A DNA stretch of 64,000 nt, from the NCBI RefSeq assembly GCF_025526975.1, contig NW_026515703.1, positions 186,001-250,000 on the forward strand. Direction: 5' to 3'. Below the pieces are notes generated by a model. That model did not search any database and was not told where the DNA came from. It worked only from the letters and a program-made list of their open reading frames with translations. Source of the stretch: Fimicolochytrium jonesii (Eukaryota). Shown in pieces: positions 47,200 to 59,763 of this stretch (positions within the stretch are counted from its first letter, which is position 1; each line of letters opens with the position of its first letter). Made by a program: the position numbers and the translations under genes.

Positions 47200-50100
47200 T
47201 CTGCCTGGCAGAGAAAGTCAGAAAAACGTGTCAGAAAGCAAAATGGTACACATAGCAAGCATGAATTCACCTGCCTGATGCTCCGAGCAGTGTGTGGGCT
47301 TCTGGGGTTGTCAAGATGTCGGCAATTGCGTGCAGGATCTTGATCTTGAAGCTTGTTCTGGCTGTTGCGAGTTTGGCCTGCCAAACTCGCTCGCGCGGAG
47401 GCCTCAACTCGTCGTACCAGCTTCTTGGAGGGTGTACCAGGAAACAAAAGTCCAAACTTGTCCTTGTCGCAGCAAAAAACGAGAAATATAACCTCTCTAA
47501 TGGACGGAAATGAACAGGCGAGGAAGGTTGGTCAGCTCCTTCCTCTTACAAGAGCGATTATCTACCGCATTGGCCTCTGGGACCCGCAAGCTGCCTTGCG
47601 ACTTACTGACATGCGAATCGCTGTCATATTGCAGATACCTGGACGACTGCGCCAGCTGGAGTGGAAGGTTCTACTACAAATGCCTTGTTTCAGTCCTCAT
47701 CAAGCAACTTTCCAGGGTGTCTTAGTGATACGCCCTCTGGTGCTTCCGCCTGTGGCTGGACTGAATCCTGTCGGCGACGTAGACCATCTGAGGTATAACC
47801 AGCCCTCGACAGGACATTATGAGGCCCCTTCATCGATTTTGTTTTAGCAAGGAACCCGACGGACGAGGGAAGACCTCTGTTGGGATGGCTCAATAGGTTG
47901 AGAGACTGTTCATGAATATTACTGATCCGGAACCGTTTTGAAGGCATCACTTGTCTACATATAAAGGTGTTAAAGGTACTTCCGGGAAATGCATCGCTAC
48001 CTCATGTCTATTCTGTGTAGCCGTTACTCTGCCAGTCAGTCATGTAGTTCCCATGTTTTCTCGCGCTGGTTGGGCCCGTTTCTTCCGATATTCATCTACA
48101 CCGAGATCGAGCTGTGTCCACTTTCACCTTTACGCCAGCCTGTCGCAGCTTGCTGAGTCCGATTGCGTTAGTCGTAAGAGGCACTTGATATTGTGCACAG
48201 TTCGTCGTGTTTGTTTCATTCGACGAGGCCATGTCCACATCGGCAAGTTGTTGGTCTCTTCTGGAATTTGACGGCATCCCCAGGCTAGTCGCGCTGTCGA
48301 AATGTGTTGGTTGCGACGAAGGACCGACCTCTTTGTCGCATTTTTCACACTTGGTCGTCTCGCACTGGACTCCATGCCGCGGTTATAGTAGACGAGGAAC
48401 GAAGGAGCTTGCCGAAAGCTCGCTGTGACGACCTCAAATCCTTGGGCTGGGACATTCAGGGGTGCCCGCGTGGGGTGGGCTGCCAGACCGCATAGGTGTT
48501 GATGGCGGCCACGTCGGTCGTCAGATTGGATGTCCATGTCTGTCACACAAGTGTCCAACCCCAACCAACGTAGCGGGAGTGCCGAGTTACAGAGGGTTCC
48601 TAACCCGCGGCCTGCTCCTTCATACCCATAACAAATCAAAAGGGACAAGTGCCGGCCAATGTGCCGACAGGGTCTCCCGGCGTGAACACAGTTGCCACCT
48701 GGCCGGTTCTCATGAACGTTATGATTTTGAATGTTGGGAGGGTCACATTGTCCCACACGGAGGACGTCACTGGAGAGAAGCTCCAGTAATAGCTCATAAA
48801 GGCCTCAAGGGCTCCGCTGCTTCCTCCTTCCTCCGAGACAAAAGCTTCCACAGACGCGTGATCACCTGTATGATGAGACGTGGACAGGTTGATGAGACGG
48901 GGATGAAGGGACAGGTTGAAGACACGAATAGACACTTCCCAGCAGCAGTCAGCAAGAGACTGGGCTCGCGTCATCAAAGAGGTCTAACGACCGCTTAACT
49001 CGTAAGTCGGGCATCAGTACACGCCAGCGCCGACTGTTGCAGTCAGAGGATGTTCAATCAGGCGCGAGAACCAGCGTCAGAAGAAAACAGAGAAGCAGAC
49101 TGCATGGAAAGGTTTTTGATAGGAACGTTAGCTGGGCTGGTGGGAATATCGGAAGGATGGACTAAAACGAGCAAAACGTTGACCTTTCCAACTCGATGAA
49201 GCGAGAGACGCGTCCCTCGTCCGGTTGCCGTCTGTAAAGAAAACAATTGTCAAAAAGTTGAAGACACAAAGAATTCTCTCAACAACAGAAGCCTCAGCTC
49301 GCCAACTAGTATCATCAACCGGTCCATCGTCAACAACCGGCCATCATCAACAAGGGCGAAAGGCGGCACCACGGCAGTGGCAGAGGTATTCCTCTGACCA
49401 AATGGTCACTCTCCCAAAGCTTTTGCACAAGGTCCTGTTCAGATCCAAAGTGAACAGCCGGGCCGGGCTCAAGCTCGCCGGACATCGTGGAGGATCGTAG
49501 CAATACTAGCGTCGGGCTTCTCCGCCGGGTTACCGGCTGTGAGATATTTACGGATCCTCTGCTCTGATGTAGTGACAACATATGTCCATCGGTTTCTCTG
49601 TCGTCTCTTGTCGGTAAGTACATCTGTCTCCGGCGTGAGGGCCTTTTGGTCGTACATTTGTGAGGGCTGATGCGACCGTTCGCCCAATCTTTCAGTCAAA
49701 ATGGTACCAATCGTTCTTGGACCGCAAGTAAAATGGGAGCCACTTGGAGTCTATGGTATCCGGTGATAGTGCTTAGGTTGTGGTATCCACTCTCGTCAAG
49801 TACAGTACCTATATACCGTTGGAGTCGGTCGAGGAGTGTTTTTGGTTGTTGGCGTCGATGTGCTCTTGTCAAAACCTGTTGAAAACGCGTCAAGACCAAT
49901 GAACGCCAACTTCGACGCGTTCAAGAATCCCGGATTCCGGTACCTCACGCGTCCCTGAACACAGTTCCATGAATGCCGCAATGGCCTCCTGCTGAACAAA
50001 ACGGTCCGCGAAGCAGCTGGTGTGATGTCGGTGGTTTTGCAACGGCCCGGATGATGGGCGCCTCATTCCGCATCTGCGTCGAGGTCCCCGTTGTCATCCC

Positions 50101-53100
50101 ACGGTCGGCTCTGTCGGCGCTCTGATATACGGAAAGAGAAGCAAGTACAGCTCGGCCGGCAAAAGTGTGGTGTCAAGGAAGTAAACCAGCAAAGATACCT
50201 CGAGGCGGTATGCGCGTCGAATGCTCTTCTCATCCACTGGTCGATAATGACGGGCTCGACGCATGACGGTGCAGATGTTGAGCCCCGGAGCCCGGGCAGA
50301 GCCCAGATAAGGTGCGGAGTTCCCAGTCAGACGTGACCCGGGGCGAGGTATGAGGCGGCAAGGTAAGTGAAGAGGTTCAGCCAAGCTATTCGCTGATATC
50401 CGTGCGGGGCCGCGGTGTTATTGTGCCGAAGGAGCGACGAAGAATACGGTAGGCCCCAAAAGTGCACAAAAGCAGCAAAGGCGAAAGAGGGGCGACGTTG
50501 TGTAAGCGCCTCTCCGTCAAACGTCGGGCAATATGTCGGCGGTTCCGCATGGGTGCTGGGAGAAGTATACGTGCCAAATCCCCATATGCAGAACAGTGGA
50601 TGACATCCTCACTCACCAAACTTGCCCTGCCTCTTCCCTCTTCGGTTTTCTGCAGTACAAAGTCAACAAACGGAGGCGGCCGGCCAGAATCAGCAAAATC
50701 CCACAACGACTTCTCTCACCTCATCATCGCCAAAGATGAGACAGGTCCATTGTTCACTTCCCAGTCCACCGCATCAGGTCGCCTTCTGCGTCCGTAAGAA
50801 CTCCGGCGATCATAGCAGGAATCTCCATGTCCATGAAACATACACGTGCGTACCGTTAATGTTGGGAGTCGCTTACAAGCTGTGCGGCGTGTTGCTGACC
50901 GACCGTTTCCACTCGAAGTGCCGCTTTACGATACTTACGAAATTGATATTGATGTCGAAACGGATTACGGACGCCGCAGTATGGAACGGGCTGGCTGTCC
51001 ACCGGCGGCCCGAATGTCGTCTAACGCACATCGTGATGCGTCGTCCCAAGATCCGCTGTGGTCAAGTCCATGTTCCACCTGCCTTTTTCCATGCATGCGT
51101 TGCCAACCTGTCCCGCGAAATACGTCGCATCCAGGTCCAAAGCCTCAAGTGTCGGCGGTCGTCATGTCCTTGTGCGCATATCTCTAGTTGATGAACCAAG
51201 CGACGAATGTCCCGACTGTATGTGGAATCCTCGCCCGGATCCCTTTGTCGCAGCCACCGATCCGGATCGCCCGAACGAAGCAGTCCTCCTCAAGTGTTCG
51301 CCTCGCCTCCACAATGTCCCGATGATCAGCCGGTTTACGAGTTCCCAGTTGCGTAGTCGCCATTGCGTGCCATCCAAATGAAGCAAGTCCCTGTCTCGTT
51401 CCTGTTTCGCGTCGCCTCCTGTCGATTATCGAGTCATCTATGTACATTGTCCGAGGTTGCGATAGCCGTATCCGGAAGTCGCACAAGTCCCGCAGTGTGC
51501 CCGATGTCGGCTTGATTGTCGCACGAAACAAACACGCTCCCGCAAAGATGAAAGACAAGACAGTCTCGAGAAAAGAATACAGACCTAGGCACCGGCCTCC
51601 ATCGCTGACTGTTCCCAGCGGACCCCGTCGCCCGATTGAAGCGCCGTGCTGTGTCGCATGTCTTGTCGTCGCCAGATATGCACCCGCTGGATCTTGCCCT
51701 CGTGTTCTGGTGGTATTTCCCAAATCCACAAAGCCGAGATCCGTTTCGTCGAAGTGGAATGGTGAAGCCTATGTCAGATGCATCTTCGAGAACGTACCTG
51801 GTAAAAAACAGTGGTGAGAAAAATATGTATGCTCCCTGCTTCAACCATCGCCCATTCGACCTACCTTTCACATTCCCACGGCTTCCCCATGTCATCCATT
51901 CAAGCGCTCCCTCCACCGGTTCGCACAAAATTCGCCGTTCCCATGTCCGCATGCCGAGTCTGGTTGTCCCGATCGCTTGGTGTTCGTTTCACGACCCGTA
52001 CGCTGGCGAAAAGCATGAACCCGCGTCGACATCGGATGCCCGAGACCTGCAGAGACCGTGCAGAATGATTAGTCCCGTCCATCTTCGCATGTCAAGCGAA
52101 CTCCCCCACAAGCCCTATCGTAATGTACCTGCAACGAATCCGGCGATTTAATTTCCCTTGCGCGTGTCCAAGAATCCACGAGTGCAAGTGCGCCGGTTGT
52201 CGCCGATGATCCCGGTGATGCGGTTGGCGCTCAGCCAATGTCGGAAATGTCGAGAATCTGACCTGCTTGCCGCCCATGCGTCCTGTGTACGCTGATGTCC
52301 AAGTCGTTAGGTATGCCGCCCATGCATCCCATCCCGATAGCTGTGCGCTGGTGTCCAAGTCGACCGGTTTCGCCCCTTCATCCATCCCCATGTGGATTTT
52401 CTGCCACCCAAGCCGTTCATATTAGCGCCCATGCATCCATGTCCTCCCGTTGTATCCCGGATGCGATTCCCTAAGTCCATGATACTCAAGTCGATCGGTG
52501 ATAGACATGCCGCCCCCATGCGAATCCCCAATGTCCTCGGTATGCCGCCTCTAGATCCATCCCCATGTATTTCGGAATCGACTTGGATGCCCGCGTTCAC
52601 CAAGTAGATCGGTGCGCCGCCCATGTCATTGAGAGCCCTGACGTGCCCATCATGCTCGGTTCGGTACGTTACGGCGGTGTCCAAGGTGTCTGCCGCCGCC
52701 GCCTGTTGTTGCATGTGAACCCGATACGTTTAACATGTCAACCGGTAATCGCTCCCGTATCCAAGTCGCTCGATATCTCGCCCAGGCTTCCATATAGTCG
52801 GATGCGAAGCCACGTGTCCATCATTTCCGACTCGATACATGTCGTCGAGTCGATATTTCCATGCATCCGTCTCCATCATATGGGGGTCGATACGTGGGTC
52901 CAGGTGTAAGCGTGAGTTCGACTCTCAAGCGAGTCGATGTGGCCAAGATGGGTTGTAAGCGCTCCGTCAAGTCAGCGTCACACGGGATAAACGATTGAGC
53001 GCCGATCCCAGGCCGGTTCTCGTATACGAAGTCCATACGTGTCGTCGGTGTCAAGTCCTGGGCTTTCCGATGCAGTGATTGTAGTTGCCCGAGTCCAATT

Positions 53101-53218
53101 CCAAGCCCCGTCCTCGGATTCGACTCGGATTCGACATCCCTCCCCACCGTCCAATCCCTGCCCTTGTATAACGACCCATAAAGGGGGTTGTGTCGTCGAT
53201 TGTACCTGCCGTCATTGT

Positions 53219-53343
53219 TCAAGTCGTAAGCGAATAAAGATCCATAAGCCCGGTAGTGTCGTCGATCCCAATAACTGTCGTCGTTGGTCGTCAAGTCGTA
53301 CGCGAATAAAGATCCATAAGCTGGTAGTGTCGTCGATTCCAAT
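53219..53343. repeat. Two ~54-bp direct repeats at 72-bp spacing, within a wider degenerate repeat field
   Basis: TCAAGTCGTA(A/C)GCGAATAAAGATCCATAAGC..GGTAGTGTCGTCGAT(C/T)CCAAT at 53219 and 53291, plus a partial third copy at about 53175-53200. Confidence 0.85.
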
Positions 53344-56300
53344 GCCTGCCGGTAATGTCGTCTCCGCGATAAACCCATTGAAGCGTTATACCGTAGTCCA
53401 CGTTCAAGTTCAGTCCTTCCCCACCGCCAATCTCCATGACGATCTCCTTCAACCGGTAGTCCCTCGATTCCAAAACGTGTTTGTCGGTGTCCAAGTTAAT
53501 CCTCCGAAGTATGTCGATGGCGGCGGATCATGACCCTTCCCGTCGACGTAGAAGCGGATCAGCATTCGGGATGCCTAGACAGCGAATAGGCCGAAGGAGT
53601 GCCAAGTATCGTGCTTAACGGCCCAAGTTTCGTGGCCCAACCCTCCCGTTCCGTCGATGTCGCTACCGCAAGAAGAAATACGACGAGTTCTTCATCAGTA
53701 CAATTGAGCTACACCGCCCAACCAATGACATGCCAACCCACCTTCTTCATCTTCCCAAGTCCGCAATGCGACAGAAGGGGGCGTTCGGGTCGATAATCAG
53801 CTGACGAATTCGCATACCATGCATGAAGCGATGTCACCAGCGATCCCAAGTCCGAGAGGTCGAAAAGTCAGCACATGAGTCTGAGGAGACGTTGTCATTA
53901 GCGATTCCAGGTCCAGAGGCTCGAATGCAGTCGGTGTATTCGAAGAAGCTATCTGACTAGCACGTATGTCCGGAGGCCGGTAGTGTGCAAAGGTCGTTCA
54001 GTTAGCCCGATGAATCCGAAGCAGCAATATCCACCAGCGATCCCAAGTCCGGAGGCCGATAGTTTGCGAAGTCGTCAAGCTTGTCGTCAATGTGGCATGT
54101 TGAATCCGAGGAAGAGATATCACTTGCGATCGCATGCCCAGAGACCGAAAGTCTGCAAGAGTCAAGTCCGCATCTGGATCCGAGGAAGCCGTATCACTCA
54201 CCATCGTGAATCTTGTATCTGCATCTCCGGGGAGCCTTCACATCACATGATGCCAATCGGGAAGAGGTTCTTTCGTCGACGACACTCACCGGATGTGGTA
54301 TACGAAACGACATTGGCTCCCGTTGCGCTGATGTGGATCGTAATCAGATGTTTTGTCAAGGACACTCACCGAAAGTCGCATGCAAATATGGGTGTCGTTG
54401 TGCTGATGTGGAGGGGATGAAGATTGTGTAAATGAGAGCTGGGGTCGACGAGACTCATCGTGAGCGGAATGGCGGAGAAGACAAGATGTGTGTTGATCAC
54501 TAGCTTGAACACGGCTTGGATGCGATATGGAGCGGACTGACGAAGTCCGCAAGCTCGTTTTCGTCACTGCTTTCGGACTCGCATGCGCCCTGAATGTGAC
54601 CGCCTGTGATGAAGTGGACTATGATGGATAATCGATGCGCAATGCGCAGGCTATGGTTGGAGAACTTGTCTGTCTTCCGGCCTCGCCGTTCCCGCCTTCC
54701 GTTTGCGGGATCAATACCGACCGCGGCGCTGTAATGCGAAAGAATTTGTCTCCAAATAGGAACTTGCTTGATAGACTCCGCATCCGTGTGAGCGACAGGA
54801 CACGTGCACCGGAAGTGCCATCGTTGGTCATTCGCTACGGGGACTTGCCTGAACTTATCGTACTTGTGGGGCGCTGATAGACCTTGAGTGCTGGAACGAG
54901 GACGGATCCGTATTGCGGGCTTGTGCTGGCCGGAGGGACGACGCACCTTGTGTTTGCTTTGGAGGTGGCTTGCTAGGAATAAAACGATCTTGAGCTTGCG
55001 ACTGAAAGGCGGATGACGTACCTTCGAGGCATCGTTGCTGGTTGTAGTTGTCGTTACCGGATATTGGATGGCATCTTGGGCGCTGGATCTGTGGATTGCC
55101 GCAAGGATGTAGGACCGATGGATCGACGTACCATTTCTCGCTTGCTGTCGATATCGGACTTGTACTGCGTTTTGGACCATTTGCATAACGGATGGAAGAG
55201 CCGAAGAACGAAATATGAACATACCCCTCGTTTGCTTGATTGCTGTCGTAATCGTTGTCTTGCGTTTATGGACCGGTCGTGTAAATCGAAGGACTTGTAC
55301 TTACATGGGAAAAGCCGAACCGAACCGCATATGAGTAGGCGTGGGAAAATACGATACGGAACGCACCTCTTCGAGACTACTTCAACCGGATGGGAACTTG
55401 AATGGAGACGGAATGAAGGATACTCAGAAAGACGAAGGCAGCGAAGAGCTTCCCCTCTTTTATATTTCCTTTTCTCGCGAGGACGGAAGCCAGAAGTGCT
55501 CGCGTCTTGAAGTGCGGAAGCAGCACGGACGGGGCCTCGAAACGGGAGTTGTGGCCCAGAATGGAAACAGTGGAAGTCCAAAAAGGAAAAAGCTCCCTCC
55601 TTTCGGTCTCTTTCCGGTCTCCTTGGATTGTCTTGAGTGGCCTTGCCAGGACGAAGCGGATTTCCCCACGGAAAGGGATTTTCGAATCGAGTCGGTGATG
55701 CCAAAAAAGGGGACGCGCCATGCGTCCTTCGCGCGTGTCGGTGACAGGAACCCTGTTCTGAATCCCCCAGAATCACAGGAGACGAATGCGTCTTCTCGAA
55801 ATGGTGACAAACCAAACTATGAGACTGGATCGGGGTTACAGGATGCCAACATGTGTCTAGGGGCAAGGAGAGAGGTCGCCGCACTTGCGCCCAAGCATCG
55901 AGCTGCATCAAGGAGCGGCAAGTTCGGAAATGCCATGCAAAACGGGGACGTCTATTCTTGGAAGCTGCTGAGAGATGTGTTGAGGCAAACGCTTACGCAA
56001 CCTCTCTGCCCGTCCATCCATTGTCGCGACCACGAACACACCGCCCCATGCACATAATCACCACATTGACCTGCCCATTCTTCTGCAAAGCAGAATCGCT
56101 GAACAACCACAGATTCAGTAGCGGCACAATCTTCCTGTCTCTCATTCTTCTCATCGTGGACCGTGGAAAGTTGCGAAATGACATGGGATCCATGCTCATC
56201 AAGGAGGCTGAAGAAGGGACCGTGACAAAGTTGCGATGCCATGTCGCAATTTCTAATCGTCATCCCGAAATCCCATTGAATTTTGTGGCTGAAGAAGCAT

Positions 56301-58253
56301 AAACGGGTCGATATCCCTTCGCGTCACGAGAACATCACCTCGCCAAACAAACAAGCGCCCCCCGTAACTCTTATCTCCCGCCCACACCGGTCGACATTGT
56401 CGCTGGAGGGAGACGAGGCCCGCATGCTGGGAGGAGCTGGGTTGGGGTTGGATTTTGGGACGGGAGTTGGGGTGTATGTGGATGTTGGTGTGGATTTGGG
56501 GTGGATGAGGATTGTGCTTTGGCCAGAGGAGGTTGAAGCAGACTTCCGGAATGTTACTTTGGATGCAATCTGCAAATGGAAGATGGATGCGGTGAACCGC
56601 TTGGTGTGCCGCATGTGTACCGTACGCATGTTGCGGTTGCGGCGGGCGGTACGGCGAACAGGCGCCATATGCGGTCATCTCACGCTCAACTGGGATGCCA
56701 AAGGTGACTTCCAGGTGAATCCGGATCGCAGACCCGTACACAAACACATACAGGATCTCATACTTGCACGTCCAACCTCATGTTTACGGTCGACGGTCTT
56801 CGCACTGCGGTTTCATTCCACGGACATATGTCCTGAATCTGGCCCGTCATATTCGTTACATGTTTCAAGGACTGGGGTGATGCTGTCCCGATCCGAACGA
56901 TAGGAACTTCCCGGACATTGTTTAGACACTCGGGGAGCGGTGAGGAGACGTATCGGCCGTGATCGCAATGCATTGAAAGTCAAATTTTGGTGCACACTTG
57001 GAAGCACATTGCATCTTTGTCGAAAGCATGAAAAGATTTTATCTTGGATCCCATATCTGGTCCCTCTTCAGCGACGGTTTAACAGTTGTCAAAGATGCAA
57101 TGTGCTTCCATTGCAGCATCCATTGCACATTCTGCCTCTCTCCGGTCATGGCAGTAGGGCAAACCGGAGCTACTAGGCAACTGGGCATATGGACCGAGGA
57201 AGCTGAGACATGGTGGATCACGGATAGGGCTCAAGTCAGAGAAGATGATCACGTGTAGGGTTCTCTCACACCAGCGAAGGTCCGCATATCGGGCCACCAA
57301 ATGGTTGGACGGGAAGAAAACATGAGCATTCCAATCCTAGCCGTCCGAGATTTTGGGACGTTTTGCGGTGGTTCTGCAAGACCGATTATCGTCTAGGAGC
57401 AATTTATTTAGTAATACGAAAAGGTTCCGTCAGGAGGCACTGCACAATAACCATCGTCTCTTACAAATGACTCAGGACGGGGAGAGGACGTAAGTGCATA
57501 TGGACTTTGTGAGAAGAGTCGTCATGAACTGGATGCATCAAGTGACTTCACGCCTGAGAAATCGCTGCCTGAGATATCGCTAGTCCGCTTTTCCATGACA
57601 TGTCCGCTCCATGTCAAATCGCGAACCCGACAGCTCGGTTGACAGCGTTGTCTTCACACAGCGAAATTCAGTCCCGACCCCCATTCCAAATACAACACAA
57701 GCAAACCAGTCCAACCAGGCGAAAAGCGTTGTCTCAACCACATCCCGCTCATTCAAAGGGCATGGTGTCTCAAGTGAACTCACTGGACCGACATGCGAGG
57801 AATGGAACGAGATATGCCATATGGCGGAAAGCTGAATGCGGGAAACGTCCATGTGGGGAATTTGCGCGCTCATTGACTGGGGGATGTTCAGACAGACCTT
57901 ATCACTCGAAAGAAGAGAAGATCCATCACTGCGAGTTGCCTCTCTGGTGCAAGTAAACGCCACGTTTCTCAGAAGCTCTGCACCATCACTGCACCATCGC
58001 GTCGAGGAGGGCCGTGGTAGGTCAGTCTGGGGACTTGTGACCCTCCGCCCGCATGTAGGTTTGTTGGACTTCAGTCGGTCTACAGTGGGAAAAGAAAGGA
58101 AAGGAAGGCGGTCTCAACCGCGGATCTTGATGTGGGGTCCGCAGGTCTTCGCCAACTGTCGGCTCGGAGGGAGAGTGAAACGTGGCGTCGGTCGTATATA
58201 GAGCGAGTGCGGTATTGTCCTGAGGAGGCGGACGGCCGGGGTCCGAAGGATAG

Positions 58254-59763
58254 GTGAGCGGCATTTACGTCGCTGTACACGATCAACCGCAATGTTCCAA
58301 ACTTCCTTGTCGGCATTGCCCTTCTGGAGGGTGTGCAGTTCAGCAACCTGGTCGCCACAGTCGACGTCCAGAATTTCAAATTTCTCAAAGATCTGGAGCA
58401 CATCACCCACATTATCGCCATTACGTTCGAAGGAGACTGGTTCTTCATCATCCTTCTGGTGTTTGCGACGCTGCACACCATCTATAGCGCAATATGCTTG
58501 TCTGGCTTCGGAGCCAGGATTTACAAGATCCCCGGTGGAAAGTACTTGATGGCTCCCGCGCCACTCATTTTACCCATCATGCGGAGCTTGAGTTACGTCC
58601 CTCTTCTCGTTAGCGTGTTGGGCCAGCTGCCCTGCCGGTACCCTCACGGTACCGAGACAAAATCATTCAGCCAATGTGCCGCCTATCTTTGCTGAAGTGC
58701 TTTCTTTGTTTCTAGCGCGGGATGCATTTCCGCCGTTCGTCAATCAAGATTGCAATATGGAATGCTGGGGTGCCGCCCATTCTCAAAGAATGGCGATTGG
58801 GCACGCCATCTTGCTACTCTATCTTCTCATCACGATATACACGGCGGAGTTGTGGCAGGTTTGTTCTGGCACTCCGCATATGCGTCGGGAGAATGGCCTC
58901 TCATGTCTCGCGTCTTGTAGGAGCTTGATCCCCAAAGGCAGATCAAGCGGACACCAGCGTTCTTCCTGGCCCTCGATGGGGTAGAATTCGCGATGGTATT
59001 CTGCAAAATCTTCCTGCGCGAATCTCCTTCTGCCTTTTTTGTGATCGTGGTGGTCATTCTTACGCGAATGATGGGGTTCTCCTTCACCTTCAAATTGAAC
59101 AATGTTGCTTGGTACGTGATGACACCACACCTTTTTTCTGTTTGTTAGCGCCCTCGCTAACTGGCTGATCGGCAGGCTATCGCCACGCTCACGGGCTGGG
59201 CGGCTATTTACCTCTGCGCCTACCTCGTCGCCCATTACCGATACTACCGCGTTCCGTTCTTCGAGGCCCGCGGCCATGACTCGGCGGACAAGTTTTTGTC
59301 GTTGTTTGCGAAAGGCGGGCAGAGGGCCAAGTCAGCAATGTAGGTTCATGCTCGGGTTTTTTCTGGGGCTGTTTTGGGGAGGCTGAACGAGTCCTCCGGT
59401 GGCGAACGGGAAGGTGTTCTCACTAGCAAAATTTCGCACTCTCACGCACTTGAGGATGGAGGTCGCCGTAACTCCACCTCGACTGCCCAGGTTGACGCCA
59501 GTGCGGTACGTTCTGTTCGGAGCATGCGAAATCAAAAGTGAGACGCCTAACAGGAGGTGGAACATTGCAGCGTCATCCGGGAGTGGCAGACCAGCGGCCA
59601 GCTCCCGAAGCACTACGCCGCGACGTATCTTGACCTGCGCCTGGCGGAAGACCTCTTCCTGACCCAGGCGGTTGCAATGTGGGCGGGGAAAGATTTGGGC
59701 AAGGAGAAACTCTTGAAATTGCTGTCTCAGCCTTTGTTCTATGAAACATGCTCTATTCAGTAG
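58254..59763 (+). CDS. Multi-pass membrane protein (about 7 TM), multi-exon, possibly degenerate; 5' end undefined
   Basis: Successive hydrophobic segments across intron-separated frames (FLVGIALLEGVQF, WFFIILLVFATL, APLILPIM, AIGHAILLLYLLITIY, FFVIVVVIL, TLTGWAAIYLCAYLV) and a DCNMECWGAAH loop. Not all junctions could be put in phase. Confidence 0.5.

Larger units (their letters stand above)
45181..47498. mobile_element. Complete PIF/Harbinger-superfamily DNA transposon, 2318 bp
   Basis: TIR AGAGAGGTTATAT(C/T)TC at both ends (13 bp perfect, 15/16 overall). 3-bp TSD AAT at 45178-45180 and 47499-47501. Two convergent ORFs: Myb/SANT-like and DDE_Tnp_4-like. Confidence 0.92.

Noticed and set aside
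47500..47511. ATGGACGG (MDGN) start shared by the Myb ORF (45432) and the right flank of the transposon
   Set aside because: The similarity does not extend beyond about 11 nt and is most likely coincidence.
53219..54190. CRISPR-like reading of the spaced repeats
   Set aside because: The repeats are degenerate, spacing is irregular, there are no cas genes and the context is eukaryotic.
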